DNA from: Octopus sinensis
Lineage: Eukaryota
Reading direction: 5' to 3'
Length of the DNA stretch: 64,000 bases
Assembly: GCF_006345805.1 (NCBI RefSeq)
Contig: NC_043001.1
Span: forward strand, 41,912,001 to 41,976,000
Shown: positions 51,227 through 63,210 of the stretch, piece by piece
Layout of the letters: the number at the start of each line of letters is the position of its first letter
How positions within the stretch are numbered: position 1 is the first letter of the stretch
Program-made: the position numbers and the translations under genes
Notes under the pieces: generated by a model
Seen by the model: only the letters and a program-made list of their open reading frames with translations
What the model was told of the DNA's origin: nothing
Database searches by the model: none

Positions 51227-52530
51227 CTATTAATAAAAATGATGGTAGCTTGATACCAAACTAGATATTTTAGAAATCAATATTTGAATATCTGATTGAA
51301 AGTATCTTTATCCTTTCTAAGTTTAGGATGATGAAATGTATCAAAATTAGACTTAACTCAAAATGAACAGCAATATATGAACTCTGCATGTTAAGGCAGA
51401 GTTTCATGTTACCAACTCTCAACTAGCTTCTAAAAATGAAGCTAGTGTTAGGTTTATAGCTTTATATCAAAGATGGCTTACATTAAAAAGACTATAAGGA
51501 ATGCTGAGTAATTAGCACTGCCTTTTAAAAATCTCCTTAGACTTGTAAATAGATTTGTCTGCCTCAATGATGAGTATTCTGTTGTTCAATCAATTGAAAT
51601 ATTTGCACATTGAATTGGCCAGTAACTAATCAAACTTTCTATAGAGACATGTACCCATAACATAATTGTCAGAGAATCAACACAACTGTGTGACAAGGCT
51701 AGCCTTTTAATTTACAGGTACAATCTATTTCATGAGATTCCATAGAGTTCCCATCTACCCAGTTTCATTCACAAGGTTTGGGACAACCTGAGCTCATGAA
51801 AAGACACTTGAAGCTGCAGATTGGGATTGAATTTGAGACCTCATGATTGTGAAACAAACCTCTCAACCATTCAGCCACACTGGTGGTAAATATTATTTTA
51901 CTATATAAATAGCAAAGTCATAACTAAATACTGATTACCTCCATGATCATTATCAACCCGACAATGTTAAGAGAAAAACTAAGTTTTATTAAAATGATAA
52001 TTACCGTGGTTACTACTCGTTGTTTTAATGTTTATTATTAAGAATAGGTTGTATAGACTAGCAACACAGTTATGTATCATTTTATCACTTCCTCCTTGAC
52101 TTCCATTTTCAATTTATGAACTTTTTGTATTGCAGTAAAACAAGCTAAGAGGAAAAGTACTTTGAATACAATATGGGAGAAAAAAATTTTTTTTCAACAC
52201 ACACACAAAGTAAATGTGTCTTAATACTACAAAGAAGACAGCACTTCAATAAGTACAGTTACCATCTATATAGAGCCAAGGACATGGTAAATGGCTTGCT
52301 CAATGACAGTAGTTAATAGGGTTGATCAACCAAACTTGTAAAACTGCATTCAAATCAAACATGAAATGAAGTAAATTACATGCTGACAACAGTTGCATTA
52401 GCAGGATAGGCACATGTTATTCTAGTCCTACATAGTTGTTGTTGAACCTCAAGCCAGTCTTGATAGAGCAGACCTGTGATCAAAGTATTCCAGCTCTGAC
52501 CATCCTAGCATTTTAGACTGTTGCAAGACA

Positions 52531-54655
52531 GTGTGTGAGAGAGAATCGTGATGTGGTAGGAGAGAAATGTGTTCACATGGATGATGGTTCACTTGCGCTA
52601 AATGAGGATGCAGAGAGAGAGGTTTGGAGACGCCACTATGAAAGGTTGCTCAATAAAGAAAATCAATGGGAGAAAGAGTCTGCCGAATGTCAGCCCAACA
52701 GAGGGACCAGCTATCCGAGTTGACAGTACCTTGGTAGATAAGGCAATTAGAAGTATGAAGACAGGGAAAACCCCAGGCCCATCAGGAATTACTGCAGAGA
52801 TGCTCAAAATATCTGGTAGTGTCAGCTATAGCCTAGTCACTCATATAGTTAACCAGGTGATACACAAAGGAGTCATACCCAATGACTGGTGTAGCAGCAT
52901 AATAATCAACTCCTACAAAGGTAAAGGTGACGCTTTAGATGCAAATAATTACAGAGGTATCAAGCTGTTGGATCAGCTAATAAAGGTTATGGAGAGGGTC
53001 ATAGCCCAACTAATTAGGGAGAGTCAGCTTGGATGAGATGCAGTTTGGTTTCGTGCCAGAAAAAGCACCACTGATGCTATATTTCTGGTAAGATAGCAGC
53101 AGGAGAAATACCTAGCAAAAGATAAGCTCCTGTACCTGGCTTTGGTTGACATGGAGAAAGCCTTTGACAGGGTCCCCCCGATCCCTTATCTGGTGGTCAA
53201 TGAGGAAACTAGGGATAGATGAATGGTTAGTGAGAGCTGTGCAAGCCATGTACAGGGATGCTGTAAGTAAGGTGAGGGTTGGCAACGAGTACACTGAAGA
53301 ATTCAGGGTAGAGGTAGGGGTCCACCAAGGTTCAGTCCTCAGCCCCCTCCTATTTATCATAGTCCTCCAGGCAATAACAGAGGAATTCAAGACAGGATGC
53401 CCCTGGGAGCTCCTCTATACTGATGACCTTGCTCCAACAAGAGAAGTTTCAAGCATGGAAACAAGGATTAGAATCGAAGGGCCTTAGAATCAACCTAGAT
53501 AAAACCAAAGTCCTAATAAGTAGGAAGGCAGACAAACCACAAATCCCTTCAGGTAGATGGCCCTACTCGATCTGTAGTAGAGGCATAGGTAGAAACTCTA
53601 TAAGATGTACCCAGTGTAAGCTATGGACACATAAGAGGTGCAGCAATATCAAAGGAAGGCTAACTGGGAAGATAGTTTTTGTATGTGGCAGATGCTTGGG
53701 AGCAATGAACACTGAAAATGCGCAGAGGCCAACTTCCGCCACATTTCAGCGAGAAAAACTAGAAGTAGTTGATAGCTTCCGTTACCTAGGTGACCAAGTC
53801 AGTAGCGGAGGAGGGTGCGCTGAAAGTGTAGCTGCTAGAATAAGAATAGCCTGGGCAAAGTTCAGAGAGCTCTTACCTCTGCTGGTGACAAAGGGTCTCT
53901 CACTCAGAGTAAAAGGTAGACTGTATGACAGCCATGCTACATGGCAGTGAAACATGGGCTGTGACTGCTGAGGACATGCGTAAGCTCGCAAGGAATGAAG
54001 CCAGTATGATCCGATGGATGTGTAATGTCAGTGTGCATACTTGACAGAGTGTAAGTACCTTGAGAGAAAAGTTGGACCTAAGAAGCATTAGATGTGATGT
54101 GCAAGAGAGAGGACTGCACTGGTATGGTCATGTGGTGAGAATGGATGAGGATAGCTGTGTGAAAAAGTGCCACACCCAAGCAGCTGAGGGAACCTGTGGA
54201 AGAGGTAGACCCAGGAAAACCTGGGATGAGGTGGTGAAGCACAAACTTTGAATATCAGGCCTCACCAAGGAAATGACTAGCGACCGAGACTTTTGGAAAT
54301 ATGCTGTGCTTGAGAAGACCAGGCAAGCCAAATGAGACCATAACCTGTGACCTATGCCAGGAGCATAACCAGCCCGCTTATGCATACCTTTTCCTTCTTT
54401 GGTCACTAAACTCTGCTTGCGAAGACCTGTTGAGGCAAGTGAAATCGAAATCAAATTTGACGACTGGCATCCATGCTAGCGGGGTGCAAAGACCACCATA
54501 CGAGGGTGATCATTGACAGAGCAGCTAACCGGCTTCCATGCCAGTGGCACATAAAAGGGCACCATCCTGTAGCGGCCATCTGGTTCGCCAGCCCTCAGTC
54601 AAAATCGTCCAACCCATGCTGGCATGGAAAGCGGACGTTAAACGATGATGATGAG
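52531..54655 (+). mobile_element. RTE-clade LINE, 5'-truncated, same family as 31738-35216
   Basis: ORFs 52602..53036, 53146..53487 and 53423..53950 give the RT (GVHQGSVLSPLLF, LLYTDDL, FRYLGD). 3' UTR ends aaacgatgatgatg. Confidence 0.95.
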
Positions 54656-54801
54656 GAGGACCATGCTGCTCCATGTGCTTTTCTATTTTACAGACGACAG
54701 AATATTATTTGAGGGAATTTGGTTGCTATTTCTAGCTGGTTGTGGAACACTATACAGGCTGATAGGTAGTCAATACTCCCTCAATCAAGTATTGATTCAA
54801 T

Positions 54802-54851
<50 letters not shown>

Positions 54852-55199
54852 AACATATCTAATTGTAGAGGGAACCTGTGTAAGGGAGTGACCCAGGAAG
54901 ATGTGGGACAAGGTGATGAGAAAGGATCTTCAGACATTGGGGCTCAGAGAGGAGATAACAAGGGACTGAGACTTCTGCAACTTGCCATGCTTGAGAAAAC
55001 AGAAAAGTAAAAATCATGGCCATCCATACATACAGATATATCTTTTATGGCCATGCCCTCAACTCCCACTCTCAGTCAAGAGGTTCTTGTCTTGCAAGCT
55101 CATGGGAGCTGGTGCCAAATAAAAAGCACTAGTTTTGGTGCCACATAAAAAAAAAAAACTGTGCCTGTGCAACATAACAAGCACCCGTGCTGGTGCCAC

Positions 55200-55740
55200 A
55201 TTGAGCAGAGACCATAAACCCATGTCTCATCAAGTCTGGGTCATGGTTTGAATAGTCCAGCATGTCCTGAGCAATTTCCATGCAGAGTCACTTCTGCCCT
55301 TCCAGCACTTTGGGGACGAATTTTGCCAACACTCTCCACAAGCACAAATCCTCTGTCATCATGAAATGCACTGATCCTGTGCTTATTCTCATTTCATGAG
55401 CAATTTCCTGGATTGTTACACAACGGTCTTCTATTACTATTCACCAAACTTTCAATCGGCTCCTTATTTTGGCTTGTGAATGGCCAGCCTGAGCAGGTCA
55501 TGCTCTGCACTAAGGTGCATTTATGTTTGAAGTGGTTGTACCACTCCTCAGTCTGAGTTTTGCCCATGACATCATTGCCAAAGGCCTGTTGAGTCTTCTG
55601 GATGGTTTGAAATTGAGTATCACCAAGCTTTTGGCAAAAACTTGATGCAACATCTCTGCTGGATGCATTCAATGAAAACAAAAATTTAGTGAGTATCCAC
55701 AACACCTCTGTACTCTAGTGTAACAGCCAGAAACTGACAT
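55200..55740 (-). mobile_element. Mariner transposase fragment
   Basis: ORF 55394..55705 reads FCQKLGDTQFQTIQKTQQAFGNDVMGKTQTEEWYNHFK. Confidence 0.78.
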
Positions 55741-55759
55741 GGCCTACCAGTGCAAAAAT

Positions 55760-56105
55760 CTTTGCGCTTGCTCAGGAAGACTAGTGTGTATAAGAGAATT
55801 CAAATAGTGTTCAAGAGAGAAGATCAGGCATACAATACATAGATGCAGTGTTTGAGACAGAAAACTGGGCATATTATGCAGAAGATGACAGTTGACTAAA
55901 GAAGTGCTGAGTACTCGTAGTAATTGGAACCTACAGAAAAAGGAGACCAAGGAAGACATGGGATCAAGTGGTGATGATTAGTCTCAAAAGGATGACATTC
56001 ACAAACAATATGACAAAAGACCGAAACAAATGGCAGTATGCTGTGTTGAAGAGGACCAACCAAATCCATGTAAACATGGAAAAATAGTCTTAGAAACAAT
56101 GATGG
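55760..56105 (+). mobile_element. Old RTE LINE 3'-end fragment
   Basis: Contains ggagaccaaggaagacatggg (RPRKTW) and a ccatgtaaacatggaaaa..atgatgg tail. Confidence 0.6.
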
Positions 56106-56940
56106 TAGCAGTGGTGGTGATACAAATTGGGATATACAGTTTCTCTCTTACCCATTATGCTCATGTTAAGTCCCCATCAACTGCCTTCCCACTGTCTTTA
56201 TTACTTTCTTATCTATCACTCATCTTTTCTCCTATTACTGTGCCACACACCACTTGATAATATATATCTACATTTATGTTTACTACAGTGCCTCTTGTTG
56301 TTGTTGTTGTTGTTCACAACAACTTAGCTAAACTAAATAACTTGTTTGTCATAACAACCAATCAATCTAACTTTAAACTTCTGCACCATTTTAAGGATAT
56401 CAACACGAGCATATCTCATCTCTACTTTGCCTTTCTGTTTATACATATTCAGTTTCACATTGTCTTTCCTACACTAAGGATTCATTCACAGTGGGGTCTT
56501 AAGTTTCTGTTTTACAGTCCCTATGGGCTTACTGGCACTATTAAGTATTAAGCAATACCAACTACAAAGCAATCTAAAAATAGATAACATGCTGTATCAT
56601 TTTATTCAGAAGCTTAATTTAGTAACACACTTTACAACTGTTATTCAAGATGTATACATTAAAAATTCAACAATTCAGTAAACTGTAATAATATGCTTAA
56701 CTATAAGTTATTTTCTTCAATTAATCTGTAATTCTACCTTGGACTTGTAAATTTAATTTATTTTAAAATTCCTTGAATTTATTTTAGAATTCTTTGAATA
56801 TTTAGGTAACCCAGGAAATAGAATTCATTTCTACACATTTCTCAAGCACAGCAAACCCATAGAAGAAATAAGCATTGCATAAATTTCTAGCAAGACTTCC
56901 AAAATCTAGAATTGTATATCAACTCTATAAACTTAGTTAA

Positions 56941-57085
56941 GAGTAACTGGGTGGTAAGTAGCTTGCTTACCAACCACATGGTTCCAGGTTCAGTCCCACT
57001 GCTTGGCACCTCGGGTGAATGATATTGATCTAAAAGTACACTTGTGAGTGGATTTGGTAGATGGAAACTGAAAGAAGCCTGTCGC

Positions 57086-57140
<55 letters not shown>

Positions 57141-57345
57141 GTGTGTATATGTTTGTGTCCCCCCCCCCCCCATCGCTTGACAACTGATGCTGGTGCGTTT
57201 ACGTCCCTGCAACTTAGCGATTCAGCAAAAGAGACCGATAGAATAAGTAATAGGCATACAAAGAATAAGTGCTGGGGTCAATTTGCTCAACTAAAAGTGG
57301 TGCTCCAGCAAGGCGACGTCAAATGACTATAACAAATAAAAGAAT
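56941..57345 (+). mobile_element. tRNA-derived SINE (family A), full length
   Basis: Reverse complement of 45818-46204 with an expanded internal (TA)n. Confidence 0.85.
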
Positions 57346-57739
57346 ATACATATATTCTGAATAGTAAAATGTTATTTAAAACTGTATTTTAGATAAATTA
57401 CATATCATCAAACTTATATTTAAAAAAAGATGACAAATGTTAACTAAAATAGATTACGAAACTAAGGTGCTTAAATTTGAAACTGCTTTCCTAAATTTGA
57501 GAAAGAAACTCCTACATCTACTATAGAAACTCAGATCAAATTACTTGTACTTTTAGATCAATATCATATTGAAATTTGTTTCTTTTATGAGCCAAGCCAA
57601 AATGAAATGTAAGACTATTTAGTTCAAATATCAGTGCCAAATACTGCAGCAAAATATACCTTAATCATAAAATGAAGACAAAACCTACCATTGTGATTGC
57701 ATATAATGTCTATTTTACATTTATTTGCATTATATATCC

Positions 57740-58150
57740 TTAACCAGAGTTGCCTTCCAAGAAAGCATAAATATGCAGAGTGCGATGGGTAAATTGTTGC
57801 CATTTTACATTTTTTATTTCATGCATGTGCATTGTTTGTTTTTGATTTTGTTTACACAGTAAAGTAGGGTCAGTTGGGCACAGTCTGTGAGAAAAACAGC
57901 ACCATGACAATTCACTGTACCAGAAATTTGGAAGCAACATGCTGTACTGCTTGGCATTTGCACTGGAAGCTCCAATATGAACAGATGGTTAACACACTGA
58001 ACAACCGTTGGCTTGCCATGTCCCCAAAAACATGTACAGAGAGTGATAAAAATCAAACATCCAGTCAAAATTATGGTGTTTGGAGTGATCACTAGTGATG
58101 GCGACGTTATGCCTCCATTTATCTTCACACACGGCCTGAGACTCAACATA
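57740..58150 (+). mobile_element. Tc1/mariner (maT/DD37D-like) transposase fragment
   Basis: Plus frames give NNRWLA and KHPVKIMVFGVITSDGDVMPPFIF..GLRLN. Confidence 0.7.
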
Positions 58151-58379
58151 GATACAATCTGTTTGGAATATATTTTTAAGTAATACATCTGTAAGTATGT
58201 ATGTATATGTGAATCTCTGTATATGCTGCATACAAACATCTTTCAATCTGCTTCACACATAATAGAATTTGTATTTGCAGTTTGCTAAACAAATTTTTAA
58301 ATCTATTTTAAATTTATCCTTCAAATTTAGCCTCTACATTCCTTATTGTCATTGTTTCCATTACCAAATCGTTTATTGT

Positions 58380-58603
58380 ATAACCCTTTAACATTCTGAT
58401 TATTCTTTCAAACGTAAAGCTTATGTATTCACATTATTTTGAATTAATCATGCATTATCTCATAGCTTTGAGATTTTGATGATGTGATTGTTTTTAGTTT
58501 TACAATGGCATTGTAGGAAAGGTATGAGAAGCTGGACATGGCTACTTTAAAACAGACAGAACATTTGGATTAGATATGGCTGGTTTAAATGCTAAAGAGT
58601 TAA
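58380..58603. mobile_element. TTAA-type MITE
   Basis: taacccttta ... tgctaaagagTTAA; colinear with 48703-48917. Confidence 0.8.
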
Positions 58604-59439
58604 AAGAGGACCTCACTTCAATCCTAAACTGGGCAGAGACTTGCTGACCTTTTGAATATTTGTGCAGCAAGTTTTAACTTCATTAATGATTATTTAGAGA
58701 AGACAACCCATTTATACACCAACAGCATATCTTATTAAATCACAAAAGGAAACAATTTAGAAAAAAGCAGTTTATAAACATTAAATGCTGAGGTTTTTGT
58801 TTCAAGTAACAGTTTTTAAGTTGAATATCACACCTTAGTCTTCCATCAGCAAGACTAATTGGTGCAAACACCCACTGGATTCACACACAAAAAAAAGGAT
58901 CAAGACATTGCTCTTTGTTGACTGTTGTACCAATATGTACATATAAGCTCATCTCTTTGGGGCACAGGAAAACCAAATACATCACAGCAAATCTAGCATT
59001 TTAAGTGTTAATGTTTTTATTTATTTAAAAACTGTTCTGGTCTGACATTATGTACATATACACTATTATCACTGAAACAATAAACATACTGACATGTTAT
59101 TGTTAATATAGTTATGAACAAGGCAGCAACTGCAACAGAGTAATATGCAACATACTTAGAGGGCAAAGTCTGCAACCTAGTAGGATTCCTGGTTGAATCC
59201 AGTTCACTAACATTGATATTTTGAAAGGAAATTATTACTATTACAAAATCCTTTGTCTACAAATGTAGAAGTTTGTGCCCTGGCAAAAAAGGAAAAAAGG
59301 GGAAAGAAAAGAGTAGGCCTACAGTTCTTTTTCTGCCTGAAAATGGTGTTTATATTGACTTTATATAAAAGCCTTAGCCATTAATTTTGAATATTTATTT
59401 AAAGTTTTGCATCTTTTTTTTTCTTCGGGGTCCAGGAGA

Positions 59440-60040
59440 AAGTGACAGTGCCAATGGACTTCGCAGATCCTCTGAGACCAATGAGATTAATGCCATTAAC
59501 ATTCTGCTTAAACTGCTCCAAGTTGATACCCACTAGAAGACATGAGCAGAAAAGGAGTTCTAGAAAGTGGACATTATGGAAAGAGAGACTGGACAGTACT
59601 TTGAGCAGGGCCTGGGATTTGGATAGAACACAAGTGGTGAGAAATGGGGAGATTAGAGAGCCAGAAGCACTTAGGTTAAGGTGACACAAGGTCAGCAAAC
59701 TCCAACTAGCAGAGGCTATTATAGTAAGGGCAGAAAAGGTAAAGAGAGGGGACAGTATATTTGTAGCCACAGGTTCGAACAACTTCTAGTGACTTCATAC
59801 CAATCAGTTGAATGATCTTTCTCTGTATGCAGTTTGGATGTCTATGTGTAGCAGTAGCACCTTCCTAGATGTAGGAGCAATACTCCAATGTTAACTTCAT
59901 GTGAACTCAGTAGAGTGTTGGTACTTTTTGAAGGCTATATTACTTTCTGGCCCTGAAGAGTAAGGCTATTCTTGGAGATGCAGTCCTAGCTATGCTAAAG
60001 ACATGCATTTATCAAGATGATAGTGACATCTAACATTTAG
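59440..60040 (-). mobile_element. CR1/L2-group LINE 3' fragment
   Basis: Minus frames resemble SIARTASPRIALLFRARK, LEYCS, CIQRKIIQLIG and INLEQFKQNVN. This explains ORFs 59399..59782 and 59442..59684. Confidence 0.65.
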
Positions 60041-61003
60041 AGGGATCATGAGGACTTAAATAATGTGCCGCTCATGTTTAAGGAGAGTGAGGTACAATGA
60101 TGAGTAGTATTATATTTTTCACTTGCTTTATCCCGTCAATTGTTTATAAACAAAAGCAAATAACAGAATACAATTTATGAAAAATATAGTTTTAAAAAGT
60201 GTGGAAAAATTTCATTGTGAAATAAGTTAAATTTTTTTAGACAACCAGTAAGGAGTGTTTCTTGTAAAGTCAATTTAGCTGATCCTATTTTATTTCTGGT
60301 ACTTATTTTATCAACTATACTAGAAACAAGCCAATAAGTGTACTTTAAGTGGGGTTATGTAACTTGTTAAAAACAGCAGCCAAATTTTTTCTCAAATCAC
60401 ACTACCATCTTGAAAAAGACTACGGAATAGCCATGACTTTGGTCATGTCAACTCAGAGAGGGCTGAGCTGGAGTTAACAACAACTATATCAGAATGAAAG
60501 GTAAATCTATTCCATTCAAAATGAGAACTCAAAATCAAGGGTCAAGACCAAATACTGGAAGAATTTAGCCTAACACTATTGTTTCTATACTTTCTCGTAT
60601 TAGAAATCAAATTAATCTTTAATAAATCTGATTATTTAACACTTAGTGTCCTCTTTCCAGATATAGATTTTAAAGAGCATTTCAATGATTAAGAAACATT
60701 AGTTTCTTACTAAAAATTATTGTATTGTACAGACTGTGCAAAATTTATTCCACTATTTTGACTGATTAAATTTTTTTTTAAATGAAAGAACACACTGAAT
60801 ATTTAAATCTCTTTGGTACAATGAGCCTCTAAAAAGAGGGTGAGTTACAATGACTGACTCATAAGTTTGCTTAATCAGGACTAACTTTTAGCTCAACAAC
60901 AATTAATGGAAATTTTAAAAGCAAAATAATTATAGTAAGATGCAGAGGAACAGCTCTTTTTTTTCTTTTAAATGTAATACCATCCATATTTAGGAAAATA
61001 ACT

Positions 61004-61231
61004 TGAACCCTTTAGCATTCAGATTTCTGTGTCAAATGTAATGCTTACTGATTCACATTGTTTTAATTTAAAAATGCATTATCTCATAGCTTCAAGATTA
61101 TGATGATGAGGTTGCTTGTTTTTAGAATGACACTGTAAGGTAGGTGTGAGGAGCCAGATATGGCTGGTTTGAACAGAAAATAGGAAGAATATTTAGGCTG
61201 GATATGGCTGGTTTAAATGCTAAAGAGTTAA
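61004..61231. mobile_element. TTAA-type MITE
   Basis: tgaaccctttagca ... tgctaaagagTTAA; colinear with 58380-58603. Confidence 0.8.
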
Positions 61232-61624
61232 TAAAGTTTTCTTAATACCTACTAAAAAGTGAAATAGAATGTTATAACTGAGACATGACAAATTTTGTAA
61301 TTATGAATTCAACACATTAGTTTCAAAACCAGTTAAGATCAACAAGAAATGTTAATAAACAGCACATAGTAATTTTAGCTCTGTGCAGCAGAATATCTGC
61401 ATGTTCAGCGAGAAAGAATTAATTTTTTGACAGTAGACATAGTTTTAAAGAAATGGAAAAGTTTTCTGAATTACTTCTCTCAGAAATAAAATTATTGTTA
61501 CATTTTGACAGGTAGCTTTTAGTACTACTTGTGGAAAAAGAGCCTATAGTTTTAAAATTAAATTCAGGTTTAGGGTTCTATTATCATTTACCATGTATAA
61601 TCTTCTAAATGGATAGAGAATTAA

Positions 61625-61666
<42 letters not shown>

Positions 61667-62419
61667 ATAAATAGATACTGAGTAATAAATACATCAATAA
61701 AAACACCCTCAACTTTCCCAAGGAAGCTGACACATAGCACTTTAAGAAAAAAAAAATCTGTATTACCAAGCTACTGCTTTATATGAATGATTCTCATATT
61801 TCACCAGCAACCGACATTCAAATAAGTCCACACAAAGAAGCTGTTCTCTTTTTTTATACACTGTGCTTACTTCTTGGTGCTCTAAAGGTGTGGTTATTTT
61901 AAATGGTAGGAGTTATTTTAATATTAACCAAAATATTTTAGTGAATGAAACAAACAAAACACTAAAATACTATAAAAAAAAAACAAGTAAACAAAACAAA
62001 ATTACTTCCTCAATTTCTTTCTTAAAGTTGGTTGAATAACACTAATTAACTAATTACATGATGATTCATGACTGCAGTATATATTAAAAATTTTGGACAG
62101 TTATTTTGAAAGATGTGAAGCTTAAAATATTGCCAAACCAAATATGATACCTTGTAAATGCAAGTTAGATGATTTCATCAGAAATTATAAACTTTTGGTA
62201 GAAGTAGTAACAGCGTACACAAAAGGGTGATCTCTTTTTTATTGTAAATGGATAGCTTGGATACTGATATTATAGATTGAAAGATGAATTAAATTTTCAA
62301 TCATCTCATTCCTATTCAGTTATTATTTTGAGCAGAATTACATTTAATCGTTCTACATGAAATAGATTATCCTGATACTCCAATTTAAAAGACAAAATTG
62401 AATTTTATAACATAAATTA

Positions 62420-62790
62420 ATGGGCACAGACATGGCTGTGTGGTTAAGAAGTTCACTTTGTAATCACCTGCTTCTGGATTCAATCCTATTGAGTGGCACT
62501 TTAGGTGTCTTCCACTGTAAGCTTGTATCATCCAAAGTCTTGTAAGTGAAATTGAATAGGCAGAAAACTGAAAACGTTCACTGAATATATTGTAAGGTGG
62601 ATGGTAGAATCAATGGAGCAACAGACAATACTTTGTGATGGTATTTTGTTATGTCCCTTTATGTTCTGAGTTCAAACCTTCCTAAAGTCAGCTTAACTTT
62701 TCACTCTTCATAGGCCAATAAAATAAGTACTAATTGATGAAATATTGGGATCAATGTTAACTGACAATATCGTAAGTGGTTCTCCAAGAT
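62420..62790 (+). mobile_element. Two adjacent degenerate SINE fragments (families A and B)
   Basis: gggcacagacatggctgtgtggttaag head, then ggtggatggtagaatc..ttctgagttcaaac..aataaaataagtac. Confidence 0.55.
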
Positions 62791-62838
62791 GGCTACAGGC
62801 CAATCACAGAAACAAATTAATAAGTAAAAAATTAAGCA

Positions 62839-63210
62839 TCTCTATATATATAAACGGCAAAATGTCTGTCTGTGTGTGCGTGTCCTTTATACAAATCCAC
62901 AATTTTTCAGTTAGAGGGCTCGCACCTTCTATGGTCATTCAAAACTGTCCAAGGGTGGTCGTGCACATCTTTACATTTCCCCAGTCACCCAACAAAGCCA
63001 TTAAAAAAAATCAATAGAAGTGACTTTTTTGTGAATTTTCTATCCAAAACCCAATCAAAATGCTCAAAACTTGATACACCAATTGAATGCCAGCTAGCTG
63101 TATGTGATTGGTCAGAGATTTGGACAGTACTCGCGTGTATGTGCGCACACAGGCAGCTGTATATGCATGCACTAGCACTATGACCCGGCATTGCCGGGTC
63201 ATAGTGCTAG
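62839..63210 (+). mobile_element. Non-autonomous Helitron (372 bp)
   Basis: Inserted between A(62838) and T(63211); 5' TC followed by TCTATATATATAAA, 3' CTAG, GC-rich 3' palindrome, no TSD. Confidence 0.85.

Noticed and set aside
59399-59782. 127-aa and 80-aa overlapping ORFs as a nested gene
   Set aside because: They are alternative frames of a decayed CR1/L2-type LINE 3' end.
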